This document shows, piece after piece, positions 8,206 to 17,726 of a stretch of DNA of 64,000 bases; the stretch's first letter is position 1; each line of letters starts with the position of its first letter. Below the pieces are notes generated by a model that was given only the letters and a program-made list of their open reading frames with translations, did not search any database and was not told the DNA's origin. The stretch is from an uncultured virus (IMG/VR IMGVR_UViG_3300010344_001225) (Duplodnaviria > Heunggongvirae > Uroviricota > Caudoviricetes), in IMG/VR virus record IMGVR_UViG_3300010344_001225. The stretch is one strand, 5' to 3'. Both the position numbers and the translations under genes were made by a program.

Positions 8206-9269
8206 TATCTCACAATCCTCTCATACATCTCATGAAGCACTTTGCTTTCGAGAGCTACCGGGTTATTTTTCAGTCTCACCGGATTGACAGATTCAGTCAG
8301 CAGATTCACATCTGCTTCTTTGTTTCCAGAAGTCGGATACTCCATTTCAAGGTCGGTCATCAGCTGGGTAAAAGAATCAAGTGAAAACATTTCTGAAATA
8401 TCAGAAAGGGTGTTCTTCAGATACTCTGCCCCTCTGTTATCAATGCAATCCTCTGTATGGGCAAGCATATAGCCCCACACTTCCGGCATACAAACAGCAA
8501 CCGCGTGTCCGTGCGGAAGATTATACATTGAAGTAATCTTGTAACTCATCGCATGAGCTGCTGTTGTTGCAGTGATGTTGATAGCTCTTCCGGCGTAGTT
8601 AGCAGCTTCCATAATCTTTGCCGCCGCCTCATCAGTATTGTCAAAGATATATGCCCTCCAATGGTCAATGATAATCTGAACTGCTTTTTTGGAATAACCG
8701 ATGCTTTCATCGTTACTGTTGACCGACCACCAAGATTCAATTCCCTGGCAAAGAGCATCTAACATCGTACATTTTTTCTGATAAACAGGAAGAGTCTTCA
8801 GCGAGGACGGTTCGAGAACTGCAGTATCAGGAACAATAGACGGATGGGAAATTGACTGTTTCTTTCCTTCATAATAGATAACAGCGTGTCTGGTCGATTC
8901 ACTTCCAGTTCCTGCAGTTGTCGGAATAGCAATCAGTGGAATGCCGGTGTCCTGCTTCTCCTGTTCAAGATAGTTAATGCTCGAATCCATCTTGCAATAT
9001 AACTTGATGCATTTGGCTACATCAATCGTGCTTCCACCGCCGACTGCGACTATCATATTACACTCATTGTCATTGAAAATCTTTACGCCTTCGCAGACCT
9101 GCTCATAAAGGGGATTCGGTGTGAACTCCGAAAACTCAACATGAGGAATCGCATCAAACAAGGTTTTTATTTTCAAATAGTTATAGGCACGGTCACGCAC
9201 CAGAATGAATTTTTGATTCTTAATCTGATCTACTATTTCGTCTATACCATGTACTATTTTCTGTGCCAT
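8205..9269 (-). CDS. Phosphonoacetaldehyde reductase (iron-containing alcohol dehydrogenase family)
   Basis: GGGSTIDVAK, IPTTAGTGSE, TTAAHAMSY, PHGHAVA, RLKNNP; between pepM and ppd. Confidence 0.88.
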   Translation of the reverse strand: MAQKIVHGIDEIVDQIKNQKFILVRDRAYNYLKIKTLFDAIPHVEFSEFTPNPLYEQVCEGVKIFNDNECNMIVAVGGGSTIDVAKCIKLYCKMDSSINYLEQEKQDTGIPLIAIPTTAGTGSESTRHAVIYYEGKKQSISHPSIVPDTAVLEPSSLKTLPVYQKKCTMLDALCQGIESWWSVNSNDESIGYSKKAVQIIIDHWRAYIFDNTDEAAAKIMEAANYAGRAINITATTAAHAMSYKITSMYNLPHGHAVAVCMPEVWGYMLAHTEDCIDNRGAEYLKNTLSDISEMFSLDSFTQLMTDLEMEYPTSGNKEADVNLLTESVNPVRLKNNPVALESKVLHEMYERIVR

Positions 9270-9303
9270 CCTTACTCCTCCAGCCTAAATAGTCTTTTCG
9301 TGT

Positions 9304-10311
9304 TTATACTTTTTCAAGTATTGTCTTTTTGCCATTTAGTATTGGCAAATATTTATTGATAATCGGACATACAACATACCTATACGCAACGAGCACAATT
9401 ACAAGAAAAGGAATCAATATCAAATCGTAATAAATTATGCCAGACGCACCGATTTTTCCCATAATTGCTCCAAATACAGACACCAATGGATAGTGGGTAG
9501 CAACTATTACGACACTGTTATCACACAGGAATCGTGACCATTTCGTACTGGGAATAAAATGGCAAATCGCAAACATCATCACACTCCCGAATAATCCCGA
9601 TGCAATAAAAAATAAGTAATTTCCCAGTTCCATTCCATAAAACGAAACTTTACCATTTAATACCACACCGAAGACAAACCACAAAATTGATGAACATATT
9701 CCCATAACCACAACTTGCTTTTTACTCTTGAATATTTCAAGTGCATTCAGCATTTCTCCGATTCGATAAAAAGCAAAGGCAATGATCACTTTCTTAAATC
9801 CAAAATAATCAGGTATATTAACATTTATGTACAGTAAAAATCCGACTATCAATGCAATGCATATTTCCAACAGATACACCCAGTTTGTACTGCTCTTAAT
9901 TTGATCTGTTATCAGGATTAAAATCTCAATACAGAACAAACATATAAAAAACCAGATTGGATCATTATAGATAAGTCGTCCATATAAATATATAGCAGAA
10001 CTCCAGTTGATTTCATTATGCAAAACAATCGCTAAAGATGTTTCAATTAAAACTTCCCAAATGAGTGCTGGTAATAAAACTCGGAAAAACCTTTTCTTCA
10101 ACCAACTCAAATTTTTCGTTTTTCCTCTTGAAACAAATCCTGCCGCGATAAAAAACATGGGCATATGAAACGAGTATATGGCTCTATTTATACCCCCCCC
10201 GAAAGAAGTTCCATAGAGGAAGTGCCCGAGAACAACTAGGACAACACCTATTGCCTTTGCACTATCTAACCACATAACCCGCTCTGATTGACAAGTTTGC
10301 AGAGATTCCAT
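9304..10311 (-). CDS. Membrane O-acyltransferase (Acyl_transf_3)
   Basis: RVMWLDSAKAIGVVLVVLGH, IYSFHMPMFF, WFF; hydrophobic, visibly AT-rich. Confidence 0.9.
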   Translation of the reverse strand: MESLQTCQSERVMWLDSAKAIGVVLVVLGHFLYGTSFGGGINRAIYSFHMPMFFIAAGFVSRGKTKNLSWLKKRFFRVLLPALIWEVLIETSLAIVLHNEINWSSAIYLYGRLIYNDPIWFFICLFCIEILILITDQIKSSTNWVYLLEICIALIVGFLLYINVNIPDYFGFKKVIIAFAFYRIGEMLNALEIFKSKKQVVVMGICSSILWFVFGVVLNGKVSFYGMELGNYLFFIASGLFGSVMMFAICHFIPSTKWSRFLCDNSVVIVATHYPLVSVFGAIMGKIGASGIIYYDLILIPFLVIVLVAYRYVVCPIINKYLPILNGKKTILEKV

Positions 10312-10315
10312 TTCC

Positions 10316-12325
10316 TTATTCCTCCGGAATCAGTGTGATAATATCCTTGATGCTCATACAGACATCGTCACACTCTTTTGCTCTGTGGTTCTCAAGGATC
10401 AATTTAGCCGCATTCTGCATTGCTGGGAATCCGGTTCGGGTCAGCTGATTGGCATAAATAATGACATTGGCACCGAGTTCTTTCCATTCGTCCTCATATA
10501 CAGCATTGAAGGAAGTCGGCACAAGAACCACAGGCGTTGTCTGATCCTTTTTACGGAACTTGGCAATGAACTCTTTGATTTCGGACGGATCTTTCTTACG
10601 ACTGTGAATCATGATAGCATCAGCTCCGGCTTCCACAAACGCAAAAGCTCTGGTCAGAGCATCATCCATTCCCTGTTCAAGAATCAGGCTTTCAATACGA
10701 GCACAGATCATGAAGTCCTTTGTCTTTTGTGCAGCTTTACCGGCTCTGATCTTGGCACTGAAGTTTTCGATGCTATCCTGTGTCTGCTTGACTTCGTTAC
10801 CAAACAGACTGTTTTTCTTCAGACCGCACTTGTCCTCAATGATAATCATGGAAACACCCATACGCTCCAAGGTGCGAACAGTATATACGAAATGCTCTGT
10901 CAATCCGCCTGTGTCACCGTCAAAAATAATCGGTTTGGTCGTAACTTCCATAATGTCATCAATGGTGCGGAAACGGGAGGTCATATCGACAAGTTCGATA
11001 TCCGGCTTACCTTTTGCCGTAGAATCACAGAGAGAGGAAATCCACATAGCATCAAACTGATAGGTCTTTCCTTCCTGGAGAACCTTTGTCTTTTCAACAA
11101 TCAGACCGGTAATACCGCTGTGGGCTTCCATTGCCGTTACGGTTCCCTTCATATTGATAAGCTTTTTCAGTCTGCCACGACGGAAATCCGGCATCGAGAG
11201 CTGTGCTCTGGACTGCTTCTCTATTTCTTCATATTTATCGTTCTTGGAGTACGGAAACTCTACAAGCTGTCCACCGTATTCGGCAAGTATCGATACAACT
11301 TCATCTCTGATAGGCTTCTGGAATCCTTCTTTCCAATCGTCACCGTGAACCACATAAGTAGGTTTGAACTTATGAAGGTTTTCTGCGTAGCTGAGTTCTT
11401 TCTGCTCAACAACCTTTTCGATTCCGGCGATATTCTCAAACACCGTCTTTCTCTCCTCATACGGCATCAGCGGGAAACGCTTATAGGAAGCCACCGCTTC
11501 ATCGGAAAGCACACCGATGATCAGTTTGCCGAGCTTCTGGGCTTTTCTGATAATAGCGATGTGTCCGCTATGAACCATATCGGTTGAGAAGCACATATAA
11601 ACCGTGCGGTTTTCAATCTCATGCAGTCTGCCGGATACAACAGCCAGGTCTTCCGGCGTGTCAATTTCAGAGCAGAGACGATCCTTTACATCATAAGCAT
11701 AGATAGCACAGTCTTCGGAGATTTCGTTAAATGCAACCTCAGCATAGCATTTGCGTTTATCGTTCTCACAATACTCACAGATCTTATCAAGCCACTTGTT
11801 CCATTCCTTCTTGTTCAGCTTGTATAAAGCCTGTGATTCCATTGCATCGGTAAAGAATTCAACTCCGACCTTGTACACTCTGCCGTCATGAACAACAGAC
11901 TTGAAGTCCTTTTCCGGCAGTGCTATTGTAGATGAAACCTTCATGCAGCTGTCTTCAAACTCAAGAATATCATCAAGCACAGATTCTTCAAACACAAGAT
12001 CACCATGCATCAGGACAATATCCTCATCCCTAAGATAGTCTTTTGCACAGTAGATAGAATATATGTAATTTGTTTCCGCATAAAGCGGGTTGTTTACAAA
12101 GGTGAAATGCAAAGGTAGATTCAAAGAGTGACAGTAATTGACCAAAATCTCGTCAAAATAACCTGTGGTCATGACTACTTCTTCGATACCGGCTTTTGCC
12201 AATAAACGAAGCTGACGGCTCAAAATCGTATCTTTTGCGGAAATTTCAGTCATGCACTTCGGATGCTCCGAAGTAAGGACTCCCATACGGTGTCCAAGGC
12301 CTGAATTAAGAATCAATGCTTTCAT
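10316..12325 (-). CDS. pepM: Phosphoenolpyruvate mutase fused to NTP-transferase (PntC/LicC-like) and HxGH cytidylyltransferase domains
   Basis: N-term ILNSGLGHRMG..PKCM; DMVHSGH; PEP mutase signature EDKCGLKKNS, DGDTGG. Confidence 0.95.
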   Translation of the reverse strand: MKALILNSGLGHRMGVLTSEHPKCMTEISAKDTILSRQLRLLAKAGIEEVVMTTGYFDEILVNYCHSLNLPLHFTFVNNPLYAETNYIYSIYCAKDYLRDEDIVLMHGDLVFEESVLDDILEFEDSCMKVSSTIALPEKDFKSVVHDGRVYKVGVEFFTDAMESQALYKLNKKEWNKWLDKICEYCENDKRKCYAEVAFNEISEDCAIYAYDVKDRLCSEIDTPEDLAVVSGRLHEIENRTVYMCFSTDMVHSGHIAIIRKAQKLGKLIIGVLSDEAVASYKRFPLMPYEERKTVFENIAGIEKVVEQKELSYAENLHKFKPTYVVHGDDWKEGFQKPIRDEVVSILAEYGGQLVEFPYSKNDKYEEIEKQSRAQLSMPDFRRGRLKKLINMKGTVTAMEAHSGITGLIVEKTKVLQEGKTYQFDAMWISSLCDSTAKGKPDIELVDMTSRFRTIDDIMEVTTKPIIFDGDTGGLTEHFVYTVRTLERMGVSMIIIEDKCGLKKNSLFGNEVKQTQDSIENFSAKIRAGKAAQKTKDFMICARIESLILEQGMDDALTRAFAFVEAGADAIMIHSRKKDPSEIKEFIAKFRKKDQTTPVVLVPTSFNAVYEDEWKELGANVIIYANQLTRTGFPAMQNAAKLILENHRAKECDDVCMSIKDIITLIPEE

Positions 12326-12388
12326 CGATTTACGTCTCCTTAAATTATTGGATTACAAAACAGACCGTTAAATCACAACGGCCTGTAT

Positions 12389-12417
12389 AGTATAGCACAT
12401 AAAAGACGATAAATCAA
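12389..12417 (-). promoter_or_regulatory. SigA-type promoter of the phosphonate operon
   Basis: TTGATT-17 bp-TATACT with extended TG. Confidence 0.7.
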
Positions 12418-12447
12418 CCCTTTCATAGAAAATTTACAAATTTCCTC

Positions 12448-12476
12448 TTGAAAATCACCATAAGTTGATTTATAAT
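12448..12476 (+). promoter_or_regulatory. SigA-type promoter of xre-ispD with overlapping palindrome
   Basis: TTGAAA-17 bp-TATAAT; AAATCACC-ataa-GTTGATTT at 12452-12471. Confidence 0.75.
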
Positions 12477-12544
12477 ATATTCATCTCGGATTTTTCGGGA
12501 AAAGTCAATCCGGAATCGAGTATGATAAACGGACGGAGGCCAAT

Positions 12545-13483
12545 ATGGGAATCGGAACAAATATAAAGAAGAGAAGATTTGAACTTAAAATGTCACAGCA
12601 AGACCTGGCAACAGCAATGGGATACACATCAAAATCAACTATCGCAAAAATAGAATCCGGAGAAAACGGTGTGTCCTCAAAGAAACTCTCACTGTTTGCA
12701 AAGGCACTGAACACCACAGTAGAAGAGCTTGTGGCGGGAGCATCGGTTGCACCTATACCGTATGAAGCACCTGCCGTTTCAGATGGGCATAAAAACATAG
12801 CGGTCATTCTTGCCGGAGGCAAGTCAACTAGGAATCAGCAGAATATCCCAAACCAGTTTATTTCCGTTTTTGGAAAACCCATCATCATTTATTCAATGGA
12901 AGCATACCAAAAACATCCAGCTATCAGCGATATATATGTTGTATGTATTAAAGGTTGGGAAGATATTGTACATTCTTATGCACAACAATTCGGCATCACC
13001 AAATTAAAAAAAGTACTCCCATCCGGAGAAACGGGAATACTGTCGGTTAAAAGTGCTGTTGATTATTTGGATGGTATATGCAAAGAAAGCGATACTATAA
13101 TCTTTCAGGAATCAACAAGACCTTTAGTAACAGAAGAAAACATATCCCGGCTTCTTCTTGAATACTCAGAAAAAGGGTCAGCAGCAACTTGTGGCTCTAT
13201 GTCCGAGCATCTGCAATTCTTTGTCAAAGACAGTACAATAAGATATATAGATCGAAATTATCTGATTGAAACACAATCGCCTGAAGCTTATCGGTATGGA
13301 GATCTTGCTTCATTATTTAAAAAGGCAGAAAAGAACAAGCATAGATTTACTGAAAGCTGCTGCAGTATGTTTATGTTCAATCTTGGCATGAAACCTAACT
13401 TCTTTGAGGGTAACCTAAGTAATATCAAAATAATCCGAGCCGAAGATATTGCCCTTTTCACGGCATACATTAAGCAACAATAA
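12545..13483 (+). CDS. XRE HTH fused to a degenerate IspD/TarI cytidylyltransferase domain
   Basis: MSQQDLATAMGYTSKSTIAKIESG then AVILAGGKSTR...PNQF, QESTRP, QSPEAY, NIKII.AED. Confidence 0.88.
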   Translation: MGIGTNIKKRRFELKMSQQDLATAMGYTSKSTIAKIESGENGVSSKKLSLFAKALNTTVEELVAGASVAPIPYEAPAVSDGHKNIAVILAGGKSTRNQQNIPNQFISVFGKPIIIYSMEAYQKHPAISDIYVVCIKGWEDIVHSYAQQFGITKLKKVLPSGETGILSVKSAVDYLDGICKESDTIIFQESTRPLVTEENISRLLLEYSEKGSAATCGSMSEHLQFFVKDSTIRYIDRNYLIETQSPEAYRYGDLASLFKKAEKNKHRFTESCCSMFMFNLGMKPNFFEGNLSNIKIIRAEDIALFTAYIKQQ

Positions 13484-13496
13484 GGCAAAAAGAAAA

Positions 13497-13541
13497 GACC
13501 CAGCTTGCATTCCATCATTGGTGTGGATTGCAAGCTGGGTC
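13497..13541. terminator. Hairpin between convergent xre-ispD and recombinase genes
   Basis: gacccagcttgca...tgcaagctgggtc 13-bp perfect stem. Confidence 0.75.
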
Positions 13542-13550
13542 AAAATTCTT

Positions 13551-14777
13551 TTAAGCTGCATCTTCTATCTCAATCTCAATCCGTCCGTCATTAAAAAGCA
13601 CCACCTTTTTAATCTGTTCAAAAGTCCTCTCCGTGACCGCTTCCACACCATTCCACTTAATGCCCAAGTGTTCTGAAAGGGCTTTAAACAGGTCTTCCTC
13701 GGAAATCACATCGTTTTTGCAGCTCTTGCTGTCTTTCATTCTGCCTTTACATTTCCAGACTTTCTGCTGTTCTCCTCGATAGCAGATGGTTCTGCGGGTC
13801 AGTGGCATTCCGCAATCTCCGCAGAAAAGTTTACCGTGCATGAAGTGTTCCCTTGAAGATGAGTACACACCGTTTGCTTTTCTCTCTTTTTCCAGTTTGA
13901 GCCTTGCCTGAACGGTTTCCCACATCTCACGGCCAATGATGCCTTCGTGATCGTTTTCGATGTAGTAACTTGCGTATTCTCCACCCGGCACAGGCTTCTT
14001 TGTCCGATAATCGGTGTGCGGTTCTTTTTGAAGTCTACGGTCACCGACGTACATCTCATTGCTCAAAATATAATAGATGGTCGAGGGGTTATAAGAATTT
14101 TTGCTTCTCAGTCGCTTGGCTCCCCGTTTATTCAATAGCTTTATGATGTCCTTGACCGGCTTCCCGGCAGCGTACTCCGTGAAGACAAGCTTTGGAATCC
14201 ATGCCTGAGAATTAGGTTCCAACGTACCGTCCACTTCATCATAGCCAACGACTCGGTTGTTACCGATGTGCCTGATGCCCTGCTCTGCCAGCCTTTTGTA
14301 TGCCCACTTGACGTTATCGGAAATGGAGCGAGACTGTTCTTCCGCAACCGCTGACATGAAGTTAAAGACCACTTCGGCTTGAGCATCGAAGGAGGAAAGG
14401 TTCTCTTTTAAGAATTTGACCTCGACCACCGATGCTTTGAGCATGTGAACATACTCCTGAACTTCCGCACTGCTTCTGCCAAAACGGGAAATCGACTTGC
14501 AGAGGATGATGTCGATTTTGCCGTCCAGAGCATCCTGAATCATTCGCATGAACTCCGGACGCTTCTCCGCCATGAGACCCGTTTTCCCCTCATCCGCATA
14601 GATGCCCATGTACTCCCAGCCATTTATGCTTCGTATGTAGGTATCGAAAAACTCCTTCTGGGAAGTAAAGGATTCTTCCTGCTCTTCCTGCAGAGTACTG
14701 ACACGGACATAAGCCGCCACTTTTTTCTTGTGTTCTTGAAATGCTTTTGAAATTTTATTTATTTTCACGTTTCTCAC
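13551..14777 (-). CDS. Large serine recombinase (third of triplet)
   Basis: AAYVRVST, SISRFGRS, zinc ribbon CGDCG...WKC. Confidence 0.93.
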   Translation of the reverse strand: MRNVKINKISKAFQEHKKKVAAYVRVSTLQEEQEESFTSQKEFFDTYIRSINGWEYMGIYADEGKTGLMAEKRPEFMRMIQDALDGKIDIILCKSISRFGRSSAEVQEYVHMLKASVVEVKFLKENLSSFDAQAEVVFNFMSAVAEEQSRSISDNVKWAYKRLAEQGIRHIGNNRVVGYDEVDGTLEPNSQAWIPKLVFTEYAAGKPVKDIIKLLNKRGAKRLRSKNSYNPSTIYYILSNEMYVGDRRLQKEPHTDYRTKKPVPGGEYASYYIENDHEGIIGREMWETVQARLKLEKERKANGVYSSSREHFMHGKLFCGDCGMPLTRRTICYRGEQQKVWKCKGRMKDSKSCKNDVISEEDLFKALSEHLGIKWNGVEAVTERTFEQIKKVVLFNDGRIEIEIEDAA

Positions 14778-16356
14778 CGTCCTTTACATAGGGAATCTGA
14801 AATTCTTCATCGGGTTCCGGCATCTTGATCAGCAGGTTACCGATAAAACGCTGTCTTGCTTCCAATCCTCTGAAAGAGGAAGTGGCTGACTTTCGTTCAA
14901 GGAGGAATCCGCCGAACCGAATCTTACCTTTGACGATCTCCCCGATTTCTGGATATGGGTGAAAGAAAACCGATTCGTATTGAATTGGAACGGTCGTTTT
15001 TGTTTCGTCTTTCCATGTGACTTCCATCTCATTCCATGTCGGGAAGGTGATGCTCTCGACCAAAAGGCGAATAGTGCTGAACATGATGCTGTCGTCCGAT
15101 TCTTTCAACTCTTTGCGGATCGCAGTCAGTTTCTCCTGCATCCGCCAGTCCTGTTTTGCTACAGGGATTTTTCTGATGGCTTCCGCAAGGGCTTTGTCAA
15201 TTACAGATTCAAAAACCATGTACGGTGGGCAGGAGCTTCTGTCTCCCTGACGCTCGGCTTCTCCGTGACCGGAACATACCCACACCTTCGGTGATTTTGC
15301 GGAGTGCAGGCGGCAGGAAACCATCGGCGCACCACAGAACGGACAAACAAGGTAGCCGCTGTAAGGGAACTGAATGTACCCCCGTCTGGAGTCACGCAGT
15401 TGTAGAATTCTTCGCACCTCTTGGTGATCTTCTCGGCTGATGATTGGGTCGTGATGATCTTTGAGGTAATACTGCGGAACAAGCAGGTCGTTGTTTGTCT
15501 GGCTTTTATGGTTCAGGTGGTCAACCGTGTAGCTTTTTTGCATCAGGACATCACCGATGTATTTCTCGTTCTTTATCATGCTGAGAATAGTCGAACAAGT
15601 CCACTCTGTTACTTTACCCGACCTTGTAGGAATGAACTCATGATTCAGATAATCCGCAACCTGTGTCGGTGTATACCCGTCGATCAGCAGGGAGAAAATA
15701 AGCCGCACAATCTGTGCTTCTTCTGGCACGATTTCCCAGTTTCCATCCTTATCTACGCTGTAGCCGTAGGCTTTGGTTTTCATGGGAATACCGAGCTTGA
15801 AGCGGTTTCTGATTGCGGTCTTTAAGGATTCGGAAATCTCATGAGATTCTTCCTGGTTGAAGGCTGCGTACACCGTCAGAAGAAGTTCCGAGGTCATGCT
15901 CAAAGTGTTTATGTTTTCTTCATCAAAATAGAAGCCGACCCCGATGTCACGCATCATTCTGGTGTACTCCAGCATGTCCCTTGTGTTTCTCGCCACACGG
16001 GAAACCGACTTTGTCAGAATCAGGTCGATCTTTCCGGCTTTCGCATCTTCAATCATTCTAAGGAAGCCTGACCTGCCCTTTACCATCGTTCCTGTTTTAC
16101 CCCTGTCGGAATAAATCTCAACAATTTCCCATTCGGGATGCTCCGAGATGGTCTTTTCAAAGGCTTCCATCTGAAGTTCAATACTGCTTTCCTGAATCTC
16201 CATTTCCGTGGAAACTCGGCAGTAAGCCGCTACACGGAGTTTTGCGGTTTCCGCAACCGTACTCTTTTTCCTTGAAATAATCTTGAGGCCTTCTGTCATG
16301 GCAGAATCTTCTACCATTCCGTTTTTTCTTACAGCCGTTGACATTGCCATTGTCAT
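14755..16356 (-). CDS. Large serine recombinase (second of triplet)
   Basis: AAYCRVST, SVSRVARN, CPFCG...WVC. Confidence 0.93.
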   Translation of the reverse strand: MTMAMSTAVRKNGMVEDSAMTEGLKIISRKKSTVAETAKLRVAAYCRVSTEMEIQESSIELQMEAFEKTISEHPEWEIVEIYSDRGKTGTMVKGRSGFLRMIEDAKAGKIDLILTKSVSRVARNTRDMLEYTRMMRDIGVGFYFDEENINTLSMTSELLLTVYAAFNQEESHEISESLKTAIRNRFKLGIPMKTKAYGYSVDKDGNWEIVPEEAQIVRLIFSLLIDGYTPTQVADYLNHEFIPTRSGKVTEWTCSTILSMIKNEKYIGDVLMQKSYTVDHLNHKSQTNNDLLVPQYYLKDHHDPIISREDHQEVRRILQLRDSRRGYIQFPYSGYLVCPFCGAPMVSCRLHSAKSPKVWVCSGHGEAERQGDRSSCPPYMVFESVIDKALAEAIRKIPVAKQDWRMQEKLTAIRKELKESDDSIMFSTIRLLVESITFPTWNEMEVTWKDETKTTVPIQYESVFFHPYPEIGEIVKGKIRFGGFLLERKSATSSFRGLEARQRFIGNLLIKMPEPDEEFQIPYVKDGEKRENK

Positions 16357-17306
16357 GATTTCTTGCTCCTTCCTCTTTTTCTGCCGGTCATCAACTTCTG
16401 GACATGTTCAAACTGTTCTCTGCTGATAATCGCCGGATGATGGTCTTCTAAGTAATACTGGTTCCTAATGCCGTTGTTTTTCACGGGCTTTCCGCTCAAA
16501 TAATCTGCTACCACTGTTTTGTTCGTCAAAATGTCGCCCACATAAGCAATGTTTCGAAGCATCCCGCACACCTTGCCGGAATACCACACAAATTCGCTTC
16601 CTTTTTCACGCTCAATCTCGTTCATCTTTTGAGCGACAGAGTAGGAAGTTCCGCCTGCTTCAATCATGTCAAACATCATGCGGACGTGTTCCGCTTCTTC
16701 CTTGTGGATGATCCATTTATGTCTTTCAACTTCCTGCGGGGCTTTTCGGTAGCCGTAGCAGGCTTTGTAGACCGGTTTTCCGATGGCGGCACTGGCATCC
16801 ACCGACCAGCGGATCGCCTGACTCTGCACGTTGCTTTGCTGTTGAGCGAAGCTTGCGAGAAGCTTCAACACCAGCCGTAGTCTTTCATCATTGCTTTTGA
16901 TCTGCTCTTTTTCAAAAATTACGTAGACACCGTTTTCGTGCAGGGTGTCCAAAAGTTTCTGACACTCGGAGGCATTTCGTGCGATTCGGGAAATGGATTT
17001 TGTGTAGATCACATCGACCTTTCCGTCCTTACAGTCCTGAATCAGCCTTTGAAGTTCCGGTCTGCTTTCCATGCGAAGTCCGGAAAGTCCGTGGTCTCCG
17101 TAAATGTCTACCAGCGTCAACATCGGATTCGTTTCAATAAATGTTTTGTAGTACGTCACCTGACTTTCAAAAGAAAAATCCTGTTCTTCCAACAAGGTAC
17201 TGACCCGGCAGTATGCCGCTGCCCGCAGTACCTTTTTCTTTTCGTTTTCGTCATCCGCTTTTACATTGTGCGTGGTGACGATGATCTGTTTTTTTACTCT
17301 TGCCAT
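16353..17306 (-). CDS. Serine recombinase (first of triplet, no zinc ribbon)
   Basis: AAYCRVST, SISRIARN, ends after HHPAIIS. Confidence 0.92.
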   Translation of the reverse strand: MARVKKQIIVTTHNVKADDENEKKKVLRAAAYCRVSTLLEEQDFSFESQVTYYKTFIETNPMLTLVDIYGDHGLSGLRMESRPELQRLIQDCKDGKVDVIYTKSISRIARNASECQKLLDTLHENGVYVIFEKEQIKSNDERLRLVLKLLASFAQQQSNVQSQAIRWSVDASAAIGKPVYKACYGYRKAPQEVERHKWIIHKEEAEHVRMMFDMIEAGGTSYSVAQKMNEIEREKGSEFVWYSGKVCGMLRNIAYVGDILTNKTVVADYLSGKPVKNNGIRNQYYLEDHHPAIISREQFEHVQKLMTGRKRGRSKKS

Positions 17307-17726
17307 CTGTGAACCTCTCTTTGCTCTTATTTTTGGGTAAAAAATTACCCGGCTCTTTTTCAGAGACCGGGTGATCGGTGGAATGCCTGCATTCTTCTAT
17401 GTTGTTTTGTACGTGGCCGTTTCAATTGTCGGAGCATGGTTTTCGACTCCTTTCGCTGGATTTGCCCTGGCTTCAAGGCATGATCATTGATCACTCGAAT
17501 AGTAATTAAAGTCAAGTTGTTTCGGCAAATCAAATTGATAAATAATTGTGTCTGACTGCATCTTTGACTATACCCAGTTTATCCCATACAAAAGTATCTG
17601 CAAGTACCATTCCCGGCAAAACGGACATTTTTCACCTGAATCAAAAAATAAAAAAAAGCCGGTCACAGAACAACCACAAAAGGGCTGCTCCGCAACCGGC
17701 TAAACACAGATGGCATTATTCAATTG

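Noticed and set aside
10385..11587. 400-aa plus-strand ORF
   Set aside because: Antisense shadow of pepM with no motifs
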